The notes under the pieces: generated by a model
Told to the model about the DNA's origin: nothing
The model's input: only the letters and a program-made list of their open reading frames with translations
The model's database searches: none
Position numbers and translations under genes: made by a program
Assembly: GCA_963825525.1 (NCBI GenBank)
Contig: CAWGTN010000002.1
Coordinates: 1,888,001 to 1,952,000, forward strand
Reading direction: 5' to 3'
DNA from: an uncultured Chloroflexia bacterium
GTDB taxonomy: Bacteria; Chloroflexota; Limnocylindria; QHBO01
Length of the DNA: 64,000 nt
In this document: one piece after another, positions 17,617 to 27,702 of the stretch
Numbering within the stretch: position 1 is the first letter of the stretch
How the letters are laid out: each line of letters begins with the position of its first letter

Positions 17617-18933
17617 CTAGCGCGACACCCGCGTCGCACGCCAGATCGTGCGGATCCCGACCCGCTGCCCGTAGAGCAGCACGCCGGCGCTGTAGATGCG
17701 TGACGCGAGCCAGATCGCACCCGCCAAGACGGCGAGGAGCAGCACCAGGGCCAGCAGGATCTCGCCGATGCCGACCGACGTCAGGAGCATCCGTGCGGGC
17801 ATGAGATAGGGACTGAAGAACGGTACGATCGAGAGGACCGCGACCCATTGCGCGTCGGGATCGTTGAGCGCCGTCAACGAGGCGAGGTAGCCGCCCATGG
17901 CCAGGAAGATGAGGGGTCCGACGGCCTGCTGGACGTCCTCGATGCGGCTCACCATCGATCCGGCGGCTGCGTAGAGGGTGGCGTACAGGAGGAATCCCAG
18001 CAGGAAGAACGCGGCGAACCCCACCAGCGTCTCCGGGGCGAGCGACGGAAGTGAGAACGGCAGATCGCCTGCGACCCCGAAGGCCTCGGAGATCGGCCCG
18101 TTGGCCACCAGCCCGATCACGGCTGCCGCGACGATGGCCAGGTATTGCGTCAATCCCGCCGCGCCGGTGCCGAGGACCTTGCCGGTGAGCAGCTGACGCG
18201 GTGTGGCGGCGGTGATCAGCAGCTCCATTACCCGGCCCGACTTCTCCTCGGCGACGCTCTGGGCCACCCAGTTGCCGTAGGTCAGGATCGCCAGGAAGGT
18301 CAGGATGACGAGCGCGTAGGTGAGGATGAATGCCCCGCCGAAATCCTCCGCGTTCCGGCTGTCCTCGGGGTCGACCGGCACCGCGGTGAAGCTCGGGGGC
18401 TGGAACAGCTCCGCGCTCTGGCGGGGATCGATCCCCGCTCGCTCCAGGCGATCCGCGATCGCGATCGCAGCCGATGCCTGGGTGACGAGGAGCCGGGTCA
18501 TGTTCGTCGGGCTGGCGCTGCCGAGGAACTCGAACTCGAGCTCGTCATCGGCGTCGCGGGTGATGGTGAGGAGGGCGTCGAGCTCACCATCGCGGACCGA
18601 TTGGGCAGCCGCGTCGGGATCATCGGTGCGGGTCACGCGGGCTCGATCGCCCTCGACCGGCGGTGCGGAGGGGTCAACCGACGGATCGAAGCCGACGACG
18701 AGCGCCGTCTGGACCGTCAGGACCGGGTCGGTCGTGATGTCGTCGGCCTGGACGTCGATGGCGACGGTCGGCGGATCGGCGACGCCCAGCGCCCCCAACA
18801 GGGTTGGCACCATCGTCACGCCGACGATCGCCAACGCCAGGAGTGCCGTGGTGATGACGAACGCGCGGCCGCGGACTCTGAACAGGTACTCGCGTCGCGC
18901 TACGTGGAAGGCGTTCGGGAACAGGTCGGTCAC
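17617..18933 (-). CDS. ABC permease, NatB/YhaP-like
   Basis: VAEEKSGRVMELL, GKVLG, AAAGSMVSRIED motifs. Confidence 0.82.
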   Translation of the reverse strand: MTDLFPNAFHVARREYLFRVRGRAFVITTALLALAIVGVTMVPTLLGALGVADPPTVAIDVQADDITTDPVLTVQTALVVGFDPSVDPSAPPVEGDRARVTRTDDPDAAAQSVRDGELDALLTITRDADDELEFEFLGSASPTNMTRLLVTQASAAIAIADRLERAGIDPRQSAELFQPPSFTAVPVDPEDSRNAEDFGGAFILTYALVILTFLAILTYGNWVAQSVAEEKSGRVMELLITAATPRQLLTGKVLGTGAAGLTQYLAIVAAAVIGLVANGPISEAFGVAGDLPFSLPSLAPETLVGFAAFFLLGFLLYATLYAAAGSMVSRIEDVQQAVGPLIFLAMGGYLASLTALNDPDAQWVAVLSIVPFFSPYLMPARMLLTSVGIGEILLALVLLLAVLAGAIWLASRIYSAGVLLYGQRVGIRTIWRATRVSR

Positions 18934-19889
18934 GGGGCTGCCTCACGGCTGGACGCGGCGAGGTGCTCCTCGGACTCGTCGACGGCCCGTCGACCGACGT
19001 GCTCGACGAAGATCTCTTCGAGGCTCGGATCGGCGATCTCGAAGCGGGTGACGCGCTCGCCGCGGTCGATTGCCGCGCGCAGGATGCTGTCGGGGTCCCG
19101 ATCGGCGGGAACGTGAAGCTCCACGTAGTCCTCGCGGCGGGTCGTGAGCTCAACGCCCGGGATATCGTTCAACCACTCGACCCCGCGGCCGTCGCCGTCG
19201 GTGGCCAGCCGGACGACCTGCCGGCCCATGGCGCGCTTGACGTCACGGACAACCCCGCTCACCACCACCCGTCCGCGATCGACGATCGCGATCGACTCGC
19301 ACAGCTCCTCCACCTGCTCCATCTGGTGGGTGCTGAAAACGAGCGTCTTTCCGCGTGACTTCATCTCGACGAACGCCTCCTTGAGCAGCCGCACGTTGAT
19401 CGGGTCGAGCCCGCTGAAGGGCTCGTCCATGATCAGGACCTGCGGGTCGTGGAGGATCGAGGCGATGAACTGGATCTTCTGCTGGTTGCCCTTCGAGAGC
19501 TGCTCGACCTTGCGCTCGCGGTACTCCGGGATCCGGAAGCGTTCCAGCCAGTCGTCGATCTCGGCGCGCGCCGTGGCGTCCGGCACGCCATACAGCGCGG
19601 CAAAGAATCGCAGCTGCTCGCCGACCGGCATTCGCGGGTAGAGGCCGCGCTCTTCCGGCAGGTAGCCCCAGGTGCGGCGGGGAAGCGCGGTGTTCGGCGT
19701 GCCCTGCCAGGTGACGGTTCCGGCATCGGCGCGCAGGATGTCGAGCACGATCCGCATGCTCGTCGTCTTGCCCGCGCCGTTGGCTCCGAGCAGGCCGAAG
19801 ATGCGGCCCGGTTCGACGGTGAACGACACGTCATCCAGGGCGACGACGTCGCCAAAGCGCTTCGAGATCGAATCGACGACCAGCGACAT
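18930..19889 (-). CDS. ABC ATP-binding protein, YhaQ/NatA-like
   Basis: GANGAGKT, GYLPEERGLY, LSKGNQQK, MDEPFSGLD. Confidence 0.9.
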   Translation of the reverse strand: MSLVVDSISKRFGDVVALDDVSFTVEPGRIFGLLGANGAGKTTSMRIVLDILRADAGTVTWQGTPNTALPRRTWGYLPEERGLYPRMPVGEQLRFFAALYGVPDATARAEIDDWLERFRIPEYRERKVEQLSKGNQQKIQFIASILHDPQVLIMDEPFSGLDPINVRLLKEAFVEMKSRGKTLVFSTHQMEQVEELCESIAIVDRGRVVVSGVVRDVKRAMGRQVVRLATDGDGRGVEWLNDIPGVELTTRREDYVELHVPADRDPDSILRAAIDRGERVTRFEIADPSLEEIFVEHVGRRAVDESEEHLAASSREAAP

Positions 19890-19995
19890 GGGAGTGGCAG
19901 CTTTCCCCAGATTTGGTCAGGTTGGACGAGGTCCGGCGCGGACGTCAGACAAGCCTAGCGGATGGCCACGAGCCGCGGGGCGCGCCGCCCGGCTG

Positions 19996-20172
19996 TCGAT
20001 ACATCGCCTGAATTGCACGTGGCGGCGTACCCGCGCGCGGTTACCGCGATCTATCGAGTGCCTTGGCGCGTGAGCAGCACGCCGGCGCACCGCTCGTGCG
20101 GGCCGCCGCTCGATATATCGCAGGATCGGCGCGCCAGGCACCGCCTAAGTGAACATTCGCTGCATCTATCGA
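19996..20172. repeat. Two tandem REP-like inverted-repeat units
   Basis: TCGATACATCGC (19996) pairs with GCGATCTATCGA (20046); TCGATATATCGCA (20110) pairs imperfectly with TGCATCTATCGA (20161). Confidence 0.55.
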
Positions 20173-20233
20173 GCGCCGAGCGCCGAGCGCCGAGCGCCGA
20201 GCACCGAGCGCCGAGCACCGAGCGCCGAGCGCC
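20171..20233. repeat. Heptamer tandem repeat (GAGCRCC)x9
   Basis: Nine contiguous GAGCGCC/GAGCACC units counted directly. Confidence 0.9.
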
Positions 20234-20408
20234 CCGCGCCGACTGCCGCGCGCCGCTGGCCGACTCGGACCCCCGGGATGTCGCGGCCACGGGGCCCTGG
20301 GCGCCGCGGTCGTCGGGCTCTGGTACACTCGGAAATCCGAACCGCCTCGCGCCATCGGATGAGCTGCGGCGGTTCTCTGTGCACCCTCCCCCGAAGAGAC
20401 TTGCCCTG

Positions 20409-21626
20409 ATGAAGATTGCTGTCCCCCGCGAGACCGCCGACGGCGAAACGCGCGTCGCGCTGACCCCCCTCATCGCCGGCCAGCTGGTGGCCGATGGCAT
20501 CGAGGTCATGGTCCAGGCCGGCGCCGGCGAGGCATCCTCGAACACCGACGAGGCCTACCGCGAAGCGGGCGCCACCATCGTCCCCGACGCGGCGGCCCTC
20601 TACTCCGGCGCCGACGTCGTGCTGCGTGTCGGCCGTCCCTCGGACGAGGAGGTCGAGATGCTCCGTTCGGGCTCGGTCCTCATCGGCACCCTGGGCACGC
20701 TGGCGAAGCCGGAGCTGGCGCAGAAGCTGGCGAAGGCCGGCGTGAGCGCCATCAGCATGGATGCCATCCCGCGCATCACCCGCGCCCAGAGCATGGACAC
20801 GCTCTCCAGTCAGGCAACGGTGGGCGGCTACAAGGCGGTCCTCATCGCGGCTGAGCGGCTGCCGAAGTTCATGCCACTGCTCACGACGGCGGCGGGCACG
20901 GTTCGGCCGGCCAAGGGCATCGTCATGGGCGCGGGCGTCGCCGGCCTCATGGCCATCGGCACGGCTCGCCGGCTCGGGGCGGTGGTCGAGGCCACCGACG
21001 TGCGGCCGGTCGTCAAGGAGCAGGTCCAGAGCCTGGGCGGCACCTTCATCGAGGTCGAGATGACCGACGAGGAGAAGGCAAAGGCGGAGACCGCCGGCGG
21101 CTACGCCACCGAGATGAGCGACGATTACAAGCGTCGACAGGCCGAGCTGATCGCCGAGCGCGTCAAGGAAGCCGACTTCGTCATCACCACCGCGCTCATC
21201 CCGGGGCGACCGGCACCGAAGCTCGTCACCGACGAGATGGTGAAGTCGATGAAGCCCGGAAGCGTCATCGTCGACATGGCCGCCGAGATGGGAGGCAACG
21301 TCGAGGGCACCGTGCCGAACGAGGAGATCGTGAAGCACGGCGTGAAGATCATCGGCATCACGAACCTGCCGGCCACCATGCCGGGCAGCGCGACCCAGAT
21401 GTACGCCAAGAACATCCAGACACTGATCAAGCATCTCGTGAGCGACGGGAAGCTGGAGCTCGACTTCAGCGACGAGATCACCCGAGGTGCCACGATCACG
21501 CACGACGGCAAGGTCGTCCACGAGGCGACCGCCAAGGCGCTCGGTATCGAGGTCGCCGCGCCCGAAGCCCCAGCCCAGCCCAAGACCGATGCGCCCGCCG
21601 ACGCGGGCGAGAAGAAGGACGCCTAG
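20409..21626 (+). CDS. pntA: NAD(P) transhydrogenase alpha subunit part 1 (dI)
   Basis: ETRVALTP, PRITRAQSMD.LSSQ, GAGVAGL, GGYA, TTALIPG. Confidence 0.93.
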   Translation: MKIAVPRETADGETRVALTPLIAGQLVADGIEVMVQAGAGEASSNTDEAYREAGATIVPDAAALYSGADVVLRVGRPSDEEVEMLRSGSVLIGTLGTLAKPELAQKLAKAGVSAISMDAIPRITRAQSMDTLSSQATVGGYKAVLIAAERLPKFMPLLTTAAGTVRPAKGIVMGAGVAGLMAIGTARRLGAVVEATDVRPVVKEQVQSLGGTFIEVEMTDEEKAKAETAGGYATEMSDDYKRRQAELIAERVKEADFVITTALIPGRPAPKLVTDEMVKSMKPGSVIVDMAAEMGGNVEGTVPNEEIVKHGVKIIGITNLPATMPGSATQMYAKNIQTLIKHLVSDGKLELDFSDEITRGATITHDGKVVHEATAKALGIEVAAPEAPAQPKTDAPADAGEKKDA

Positions 21627-21630
21627 CCCG

Positions 21631-21945
21631 ATGGAGCTCACCGCATTCGAGCTGCTGTCGGCCCTCTTCATCCTCGTCCTGGCCGCAGTGGTCGGCTACG
21701 AAGTGGTTTCGAAGGTGCCGACCATGCTCCACACCCCGCTGATGAGCGGCGCCAACGCCGTCCACGGCGTCATCGTTGTCGGCGCCATGCTCGTGGCAGC
21801 CAGCGCCGAGGGACCGATCCGGATCGTGCTCGCGCTGCTGGGCGTGATCCTCGGCACCATCAACGTGGTCGGCGGCTTCGTCGTCACCGACCGCATGCTC
21901 GAGATGTTCAAGCGCCGCCCCGGCGATAAGGCGGGTGAGCGCTAG
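21631..21945 (+). CDS. NAD(P) transhydrogenase alpha subunit part 2 (membrane)
   Basis: LHTPLMSGANA, INVVGGF.VTDRMLEMF. Confidence 0.92.
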   Translation: MELTAFELLSALFILVLAAVVGYEVVSKVPTMLHTPLMSGANAVHGVIVVGAMLVAASAEGPIRIVLALLGVILGTINVVGGFVVTDRMLEMFKRRPGDKAGER

Positions 21946-23346
21946 ATGGACACGCTCCAGGTCCTGACCTACCTCGTCTGGCTCGTCGCCAGCGTCACCT
22001 TCATCATCGCCCTCAAGTTCCTGGCCAGCCCGAAGACGGCGCGGACCGGCAACCTGCTGGGCGCGGCCGGCATGGCCCTCGTCGTGGCATGGACGTTCTT
22101 CACCACGCCGGGCATGCTCGAGAACTGGTGGATCGTGATCGTCGGCGGTGCCGTCGGCGCGGTCGCCGGATTCCTCGGGGCCAAGCGCGTGGCGATGACC
22201 GCCATGCCGCAGATGGTCGCCATCTTCAACGGCGCCGGTGGTGGCGCGGCGGCGGTCGTCGCCATCGCCGAGTACCTCGAGTTCGCGGACCACGGCGACG
22301 GGCTCCTGCCCCTGCCGTTCGTCATCGCAACGCTCCTCGGCGCGGTCATCGGCTCGGTGGCGCTCACCGGCTCGGTCGTCGCCTTCGGCAAGCTCCAGGG
22401 CATCGTCACCTCGCGGCCGTACATGCTGCCCGGGCAGCAGCTCATCACCGGAGCCATGTTCATCGCGCTGTTCGCGATCGGCGTCTACATCGTCGGCTTC
22501 GAGAACAGCATTCCGCTCTTCCTCGTCTTCTGCGTCATCGCGCTGGCCGCGGGCGTGGTACTCACGATGCCGATCGGCGGAGCGGACATGCCCGTGGTGG
22601 TCTCGCTCCTCAACAGCTACACCGGCATCGCGGTCGCGGCATCGGGCTTTGTGCTCGGCAACTACGCGCTCCTCATCGCCGGGACCCTGGTCGGTGCGTC
22701 CGGCGCCATCCTCACCCAGCTCATGACGCGGGCGATGAACCGGTCCCTGTTCAACGTCCTGTTCGCCGGCTTCGGCACGGGCGGGGGCGCCGTGGCCGCC
22801 GGAGACGAGGGCGAGGAGCAGCTTCGTGAGACGAACGCCGAGGATGTGGCCGTGCTCATGGCCTACGGCAAGCGCGTCATCATCGTCCCCGGATACGGCA
22901 TGGCCGTCGCCCAGGCGCAGGGCCCGGTGCGCGAGCTCATGGACCTGCTGATCGCCAAGGGCGTGGACGTCCAGTTCGCGATCCACCCGGTCGCCGGTCG
23001 CATGCCCGGGCACATGAACGTTCTGCTGGCCGAGGCGAACGTCCCGTACGACCGCCTCAAGGAGATGGACGAGATCAACGACGACTTCGCCGATACCGAT
23101 GTCGCGCTGGTCATCGGCGCCAACGACGTCGTCAACCCCGCCGCTCGCGAAGAGGGTTCGCCGATCTCCGGCATGCCGATCCTCAACGTGGACGCGGCGC
23201 AGAACATCATCGTGCTGAAGCGTGGCCGGGGTACCGGATTTGCCGGAATCCCGAACCCGCTGTTCAGCAACGAGAAGACGATGATGCTGTTCGGCGACGC
23301 AAAGCCCTCGATCGAAGCCCTCGTCTCGGGTGTGAAGCAGGCCTGA
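21946..23346 (+). CDS. pntB: NAD(P) transhydrogenase beta subunit
   Basis: MTAMPQMVA, GGADMPVVVSLLNSY, HPVAGRMPGHMNVLLAEA, GANDVVNP. Confidence 0.95.
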   Translation: MDTLQVLTYLVWLVASVTFIIALKFLASPKTARTGNLLGAAGMALVVAWTFFTTPGMLENWWIVIVGGAVGAVAGFLGAKRVAMTAMPQMVAIFNGAGGGAAAVVAIAEYLEFADHGDGLLPLPFVIATLLGAVIGSVALTGSVVAFGKLQGIVTSRPYMLPGQQLITGAMFIALFAIGVYIVGFENSIPLFLVFCVIALAAGVVLTMPIGGADMPVVVSLLNSYTGIAVAASGFVLGNYALLIAGTLVGASGAILTQLMTRAMNRSLFNVLFAGFGTGGGAVAAGDEGEEQLRETNAEDVAVLMAYGKRVIIVPGYGMAVAQAQGPVRELMDLLIAKGVDVQFAIHPVAGRMPGHMNVLLAEANVPYDRLKEMDEINDDFADTDVALVIGANDVVNPAAREEGSPISGMPILNVDAAQNIIVLKRGRGTGFAGIPNPLFSNEKTMMLFGDAKPSIEALVSGVKQA

Positions 23347-23381
23347 TCAGGCGCCGTCCTTGGAGCCGACCAATCGGCGAC

Positions 23382-23756
23382 TCAGCGGTCGCGGGTACTC
23401 CACAGCGCCGCCAGGATGAGTGGCACCTGAAGGGGTAGTCGGCCCCACCGAGCCCACCCGGCGGGAACGCCGTCGATCGGCACCTGGCTCACCGCTGCGT
23501 AGATGTTGGCCGGGAGCACCACAACGAGGTACGCGGCGAGGGCGATGCCGGATGCGCGACGCCATCGGCGGGGCCCGATGACACCGAACGCGAGGAGGAG
23601 CTCGATTCCGCCGGTGACCGCGACGAGCTCGGCACGATAGGGAACAGTCTCCGGGATGTGGCCGACGAACGGCTGGGGCGTGACGAAATGCGCAGCGCCG
23701 GCCGCCCCCATCCCGAGGCCCAGTGCGAAGCGAACGAGGGTGCGGGCAGATGTCAT
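23382..23756 (-). CDS. DoxX-like membrane protein
   Basis: AG.AHF, PANI, RLPLQ pattern; about four TM segments. Confidence 0.7.
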   Translation of the reverse strand: MTSARTLVRFALGLGMGAAGAAHFVTPQPFVGHIPETVPYRAELVAVTGGIELLLAFGVIGPRRWRRASGIALAAYLVVVLPANIYAAVSQVPIDGVPAGWARWGRLPLQVPLILAALWSTRDR

Positions 23757-23817
23757 CGGCTCCACCGTAGCCCAACGAGCGGAAGGAGCCCCCGGGCAGT
23801 CGGCTAGGCTTGGAGCG

Positions 23818-24456
23818 ATGGACGACCGCTGGATCTGCCTGGACGTGGGCGAGACGCTGATCGACGAGACGCGAGTGTGGTCCCTGTGGGCCGATGAGCT
23901 CGGCGTGCCGCGGCTCACCTTTCTCGCGTCCCTGGGGGCGGTGATCGCTCGCGGCGGTGACTACCGGGACGTCTTCACCAGGTTCGGCGCGGATGACTGG
24001 CCGCTTCGCCTCCCCTCCGTCGAAGCGGCGTACGGCGGATTCCGCTCCGAGGACCTGTATCCGGACGCGCTGCCCGCGCTCGATGCCCTTCGATCCGCGG
24101 GGTTCCGGGTGGCAATCGTCGCCAACCAGCCAGAGGCCCGAGGCGAGCAGCTCAGATCCATCGGCGTGAACGCCGACGTCATGGCCATGAGCGAGGGCCT
24201 CGGCGTCGCAAAGCCGGACGCCGCGTTCTACGCGCGCGCGCTGGAGCTCATGGGGTCGCCGCCGCCGGCATCGGTCGCCTACGTGGGGGACCGTATCGAC
24301 AACGACGTGGTGCCATCGGCGGTCGCCGGGATGCGGGCCGTGTGGATCCGTCGCGGCCCGTGGGGCCTGATCCAGGACCCGCCCGCACCCGGGGCAATCC
24401 TCACCGTGGACTCGCTCGTCGAGCTTGTCGACCGCATCGGCGAAATCTGGGACTAG
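23818..24456 (+). CDS. HAD family hydrolase
   Basis: DVGETLID motif I, KPD, VGDRIDND. Confidence 0.85.
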   Translation: MDDRWICLDVGETLIDETRVWSLWADELGVPRLTFLASLGAVIARGGDYRDVFTRFGADDWPLRLPSVEAAYGGFRSEDLYPDALPALDALRSAGFRVAIVANQPEARGEQLRSIGVNADVMAMSEGLGVAKPDAAFYARALELMGSPPPASVAYVGDRIDNDVVPSAVAGMRAVWIRRGPWGLIQDPPAPGAILTVDSLVELVDRIGEIWD

Positions 24457-26114
24457 CTCCGCCGCCGGCCCTCGACGAAGGCGGTTGCCTCCCGGTCGCT
24501 GACGCCGAAGCGCCGGAGGGCGTGGCGCAGGATCTCGTTGCCGACCTCGCGCTCCGCGACGACCACACGGTTCACACCCATCCGTCGCAGCTCGACCTCT
24601 TCCGCCTCCGAGTGGGCGCGCGCGACGATCTCGACCTTCGGGTTCCGCAACCGCGCGTAGGCAACTGCCTGGCGGATGGCGAGCGCGTCGGGGATGGCCG
24701 CGATGAGCGCGTGGCAGTGGGCCACGTTCGCCTCGTCGAGCACCGACGGCGCTCCGGCTTCGCCAAAGATGATCGTGGAGCCGTTGGCCCGCGCCTCGCG
24801 CGTGATCCCGTAGTCGCCGTCGACTGCGACCCACGCGAAGCCGCGCGACTCGAGGACACGAGCCACCGATCGACCGACGCGTCCATAGCCCAGGATCACG
24901 GCGTGACGGTGAAGGTCCGCCGCCGGGTGCTCATCGGCGGGACCGGGCCGATGCTGCTCGGCATCGAGCCACGATCCAAGTCGCCGGGCGCCGCGCAATA
25001 GCGGCTCGGCGGTGAGGATCGAGATCACGACCGCACCCATGGCCAGGCTGAAGGTGTCACCCGTCACCGCGCCGACGGAGAGGCCGGCGGACGCAAGGAC
25101 GAAGCTGAACTCCCCGCTCTGACCGATGAGCGCACCGGCGCGCACTGCGGAGGACGGCCGCTGCCCGTCGAAGCGGGCGAGAACCGCCACCGGGATTGCC
25201 TTGCCGAGGGTGATGATCAGGAGCAGCGCGACGACCGTCGGCCAGGCGGCGATGATCGCGGCTGGCTGGAGCAGGATGCCGATCGAGACGAAGAAGAAGA
25301 CGCTGAACAGCTCACGCAACGGAACGATCTCGCCGAGCACGCTCGCGGTGAGGTCGGAATCGGAGAGCGCCAACCCGGCGACGAAGGCCCCGAGTGCCAC
25401 GCTCACGCCGAGCGCGGCCGCCGCGAAGGCCGTCCCGATCGACAGCACCGCCACGCTGATGACGAACAGCTCGCGTGAGCGCAGCCCGGCCACGATTCCC
25501 AGCAGCCGGGGAAGGACCCGCGACCCGAGGATCACGACGAGCGCGACGAAGCCGAGCGCGACGCCCACGCTGACGAGCAGGTCGGCGAAGGTTCGGTCCT
25601 CGTCGCCACCGAGGGCGGTGAGCGCGACCACCAGCACCACGGTCACCAGGTCCTGGACGATCGACACGCCGAGGGCCGCGCGCCCGTACGTGGTGGTGTG
25701 GAGCGTGCCCTCCCCGGCGACCTTCACGAGCACCACCGTCGAGCACACCGACATGGCCCCGCCGATGAACAGCGCCTCGATCAGGCTCCAGCCCAGCATG
25801 AGTCCCGTCCCGGTGCCGATGCCGAGCGTGATCGCGACCTGGATCGGCGTCCCGGCCAGGATCCGCGCCCCGACCGACCGCAGCTCGCCGATGCTGAACT
25901 GGAGCCCGATGCTGAACATCAGCAGCGCGACGCCGATGTCCGCGAGGGCCAGTACCTCTTCGCGATCCGCCACGAAACCGGGGGTCGCGGGGCCGACGAC
26001 CAGGCCCGCCACGATGTACCCGATCATCGGGGGGAGACGCAGCCGGTGCGCGATGGCCCCCAGCACCAGCGCGGCACCGAGTGCCAGCAGCAGGGTCAGC
26101 CCGAGTCCGGTCAT
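24453..26114 (-). CDS. CPA2 cation:proton antiporter with TrkA-N domain (YbaL/RosB-like)
   Basis: LADIGVALLMFSIGL, IVQD, QSGEFSFVL, GYGRVG. Confidence 0.88.
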   Translation of the reverse strand: MTGLGLTLLLALGAALVLGAIAHRLRLPPMIGYIVAGLVVGPATPGFVADREEVLALADIGVALLMFSIGLQFSIGELRSVGARILAGTPIQVAITLGIGTGTGLMLGWSLIEALFIGGAMSVCSTVVLVKVAGEGTLHTTTYGRAALGVSIVQDLVTVVLVVALTALGGDEDRTFADLLVSVGVALGFVALVVILGSRVLPRLLGIVAGLRSRELFVISVAVLSIGTAFAAAALGVSVALGAFVAGLALSDSDLTASVLGEIVPLRELFSVFFFVSIGILLQPAAIIAAWPTVVALLLIITLGKAIPVAVLARFDGQRPSSAVRAGALIGQSGEFSFVLASAGLSVGAVTGDTFSLAMGAVVISILTAEPLLRGARRLGSWLDAEQHRPGPADEHPAADLHRHAVILGYGRVGRSVARVLESRGFAWVAVDGDYGITREARANGSTIIFGEAGAPSVLDEANVAHCHALIAAIPDALAIRQAVAYARLRNPKVEIVARAHSEAEEVELRRMGVNRVVVAEREVGNEILRHALRRFGVSDREATAFVEGRRRS

Positions 26115-26258
26115 GGCACGAACCGGCAGTCGGCGGCGCGTCGCGTCGTCGGCATTCCCCGATCATACCGGTCCACTATCGAGCGTCGGCTAGACTGCAC
26201 GGCGTGGCCCGTCGGCCCACCGTGAGCCGCACCCGACCGGGAGTCTTCTTCCAACGCG

Positions 26259-27518
26259 ATGGACCACCTGACCGAGATCCTCATCCAGCTGTTCGCGATC
26301 CTGGTTGCCGCGAAGATCGGCAACGAGATCTTTCGGCGCCTGGGTCAACCCACGGTCGTGGGCGAGATCCTCGGTGGCGTGATCGCCGGCCCGGCCGTGT
26401 TCGGCGTGTACGAGGTCAACGCCGAGACCGAGCTGTTCGCGGAGATCGGCGTCGTCCTCCTCTTGTTCCAGGTCGGCCTCGAGACCCGTCTCCACGAGCT
26501 GCTGCGGGTCGGTCGCACCGCCCTGATGGTCGGCATCCTGGGCGTGGTCTTCCCGTTCGCCGGCGGATTCCTTGCCGCGGAACTGGCGGGCGGCGACCTC
26601 GTGCTCGCCATCTTCCTCGCTGCGGCCCTCACGGCCACGAGCGTCGGCATCACATCGAACGTGCTGCGTGACCTGGGTGCCCTCACGAGCCGCGGGGGGC
26701 GCATCATCCTCGGGGCGGCCGTCATCGACGACGTGCTCGCGATCATGATCCTGTCGGTCGCCTCGGGCGTGGCCGCCGGCAGCTTCCAGGTGACCGACGT
26801 CCTCGGCCTGCTCGTCATCGCCATCCTGTTCATCGGTGTCGTCGTCATCGGCGGAACGCGCATCCTGCGCCGTCGACGCTCGATCCTCACCGACCCCGAG
26901 TTCGCGGAGACGCCGTTCCTGCCCGGGATGATCATCATGCTGGGGCTGGCGGCGCTGGCTTCCCTGATCGGGCTGGCGGCAATCATCGGAGCGTTCCTCG
27001 CGGGCATGGTCGTCGGCGAGTCGTCGGAGCGCCACGCGCTCGAGTCCGAGGTCGCCCCGGTGGCGGCGTTCTTCACGCCATTCTTCTTCGGGTTCATCGG
27101 GGCTCAGGTAGACATCGCCGGTCTCGCCAGCATCGACGTACTTCTCCTGCTTCTCGGGCTCACCGTGCTCGCCGTTGCCACGAAGTTCGTGGGGGCATTC
27201 ATCGGGGCGTTGGGCCAGGGTCGCGCGCGTGCCGCCCTGGTCGGCTGGGGGATGGTTCCGCGCGGAGAGGTCGGGATCGTCGTGGCCGGCCTCGGACTGT
27301 CGGCCGGCGCGATCGACGGCGAGATCTACTCGGTCGTCGTCGGCATGGCGATCATCACCACCCTGATCGTCCCGCCGTTCCTGCCGTGGCTCGTTCGACG
27401 TGCATCCACGCGGTCCGAGGACGATGCCGATGGGGGCTCAGGCCCGGCCCCGGGTGTCGAGGACGATGCCGACGGGGTTCCGAACGCCGGCACGGACGAG
27501 CGCGCCGGCCCGAGCTGA
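26259..27518 (+). CDS. CPA2 Na+/H+ antiporter (NapA-like)
   Basis: ATSVGIT, AAVIDD, GMVPRGEVG. Confidence 0.88.
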   Translation: MDHLTEILIQLFAILVAAKIGNEIFRRLGQPTVVGEILGGVIAGPAVFGVYEVNAETELFAEIGVVLLLFQVGLETRLHELLRVGRTALMVGILGVVFPFAGGFLAAELAGGDLVLAIFLAAALTATSVGITSNVLRDLGALTSRGGRIILGAAVIDDVLAIMILSVASGVAAGSFQVTDVLGLLVIAILFIGVVVIGGTRILRRRRSILTDPEFAETPFLPGMIIMLGLAALASLIGLAAIIGAFLAGMVVGESSERHALESEVAPVAAFFTPFFFGFIGAQVDIAGLASIDVLLLLLGLTVLAVATKFVGAFIGALGQGRARAALVGWGMVPRGEVGIVVAGLGLSAGAIDGEIYSVVVGMAIITTLIVPPFLPWLVRRASTRSEDDADGGSGPAPGVEDDADGVPNAGTDERAGPS

Positions 27519-27645
27519 CGCTCAGCTCGCCCGCTGGCCCGCGGGCTCGGGGCCTGAGCCGAAAATCGGTGACGCCGGCGCCCACGTGCCGGTTCGGGTC
27601 GGACTCTGGCCGAAATATCGGCGTCGAAGGCGCGGCGTATGAGAA

Positions 27646-27676
27646 CACCCCGCCCCGACGGATCGGAGCGGGGTGT
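27646..27676. terminator. GC-rich hairpin between convergent genes
   Basis: ACACCCCGCCCCGA-CGGA-TCGGAGCGGGGTGT downstream of the SBP gene; no clear U-tract. Confidence 0.5.
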
Positions 27677-27702
27677 GTCGGTGATGAAGGCCGAACTCGG
27701 GA

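Noticed and set aside
20171-20233. CRISPR array or coding repeat in an extended PntA N-terminus
   Set aside because: Units are 7 bp with no spacers and no cas genes; PntA homology starts at MKIAVP (20409).
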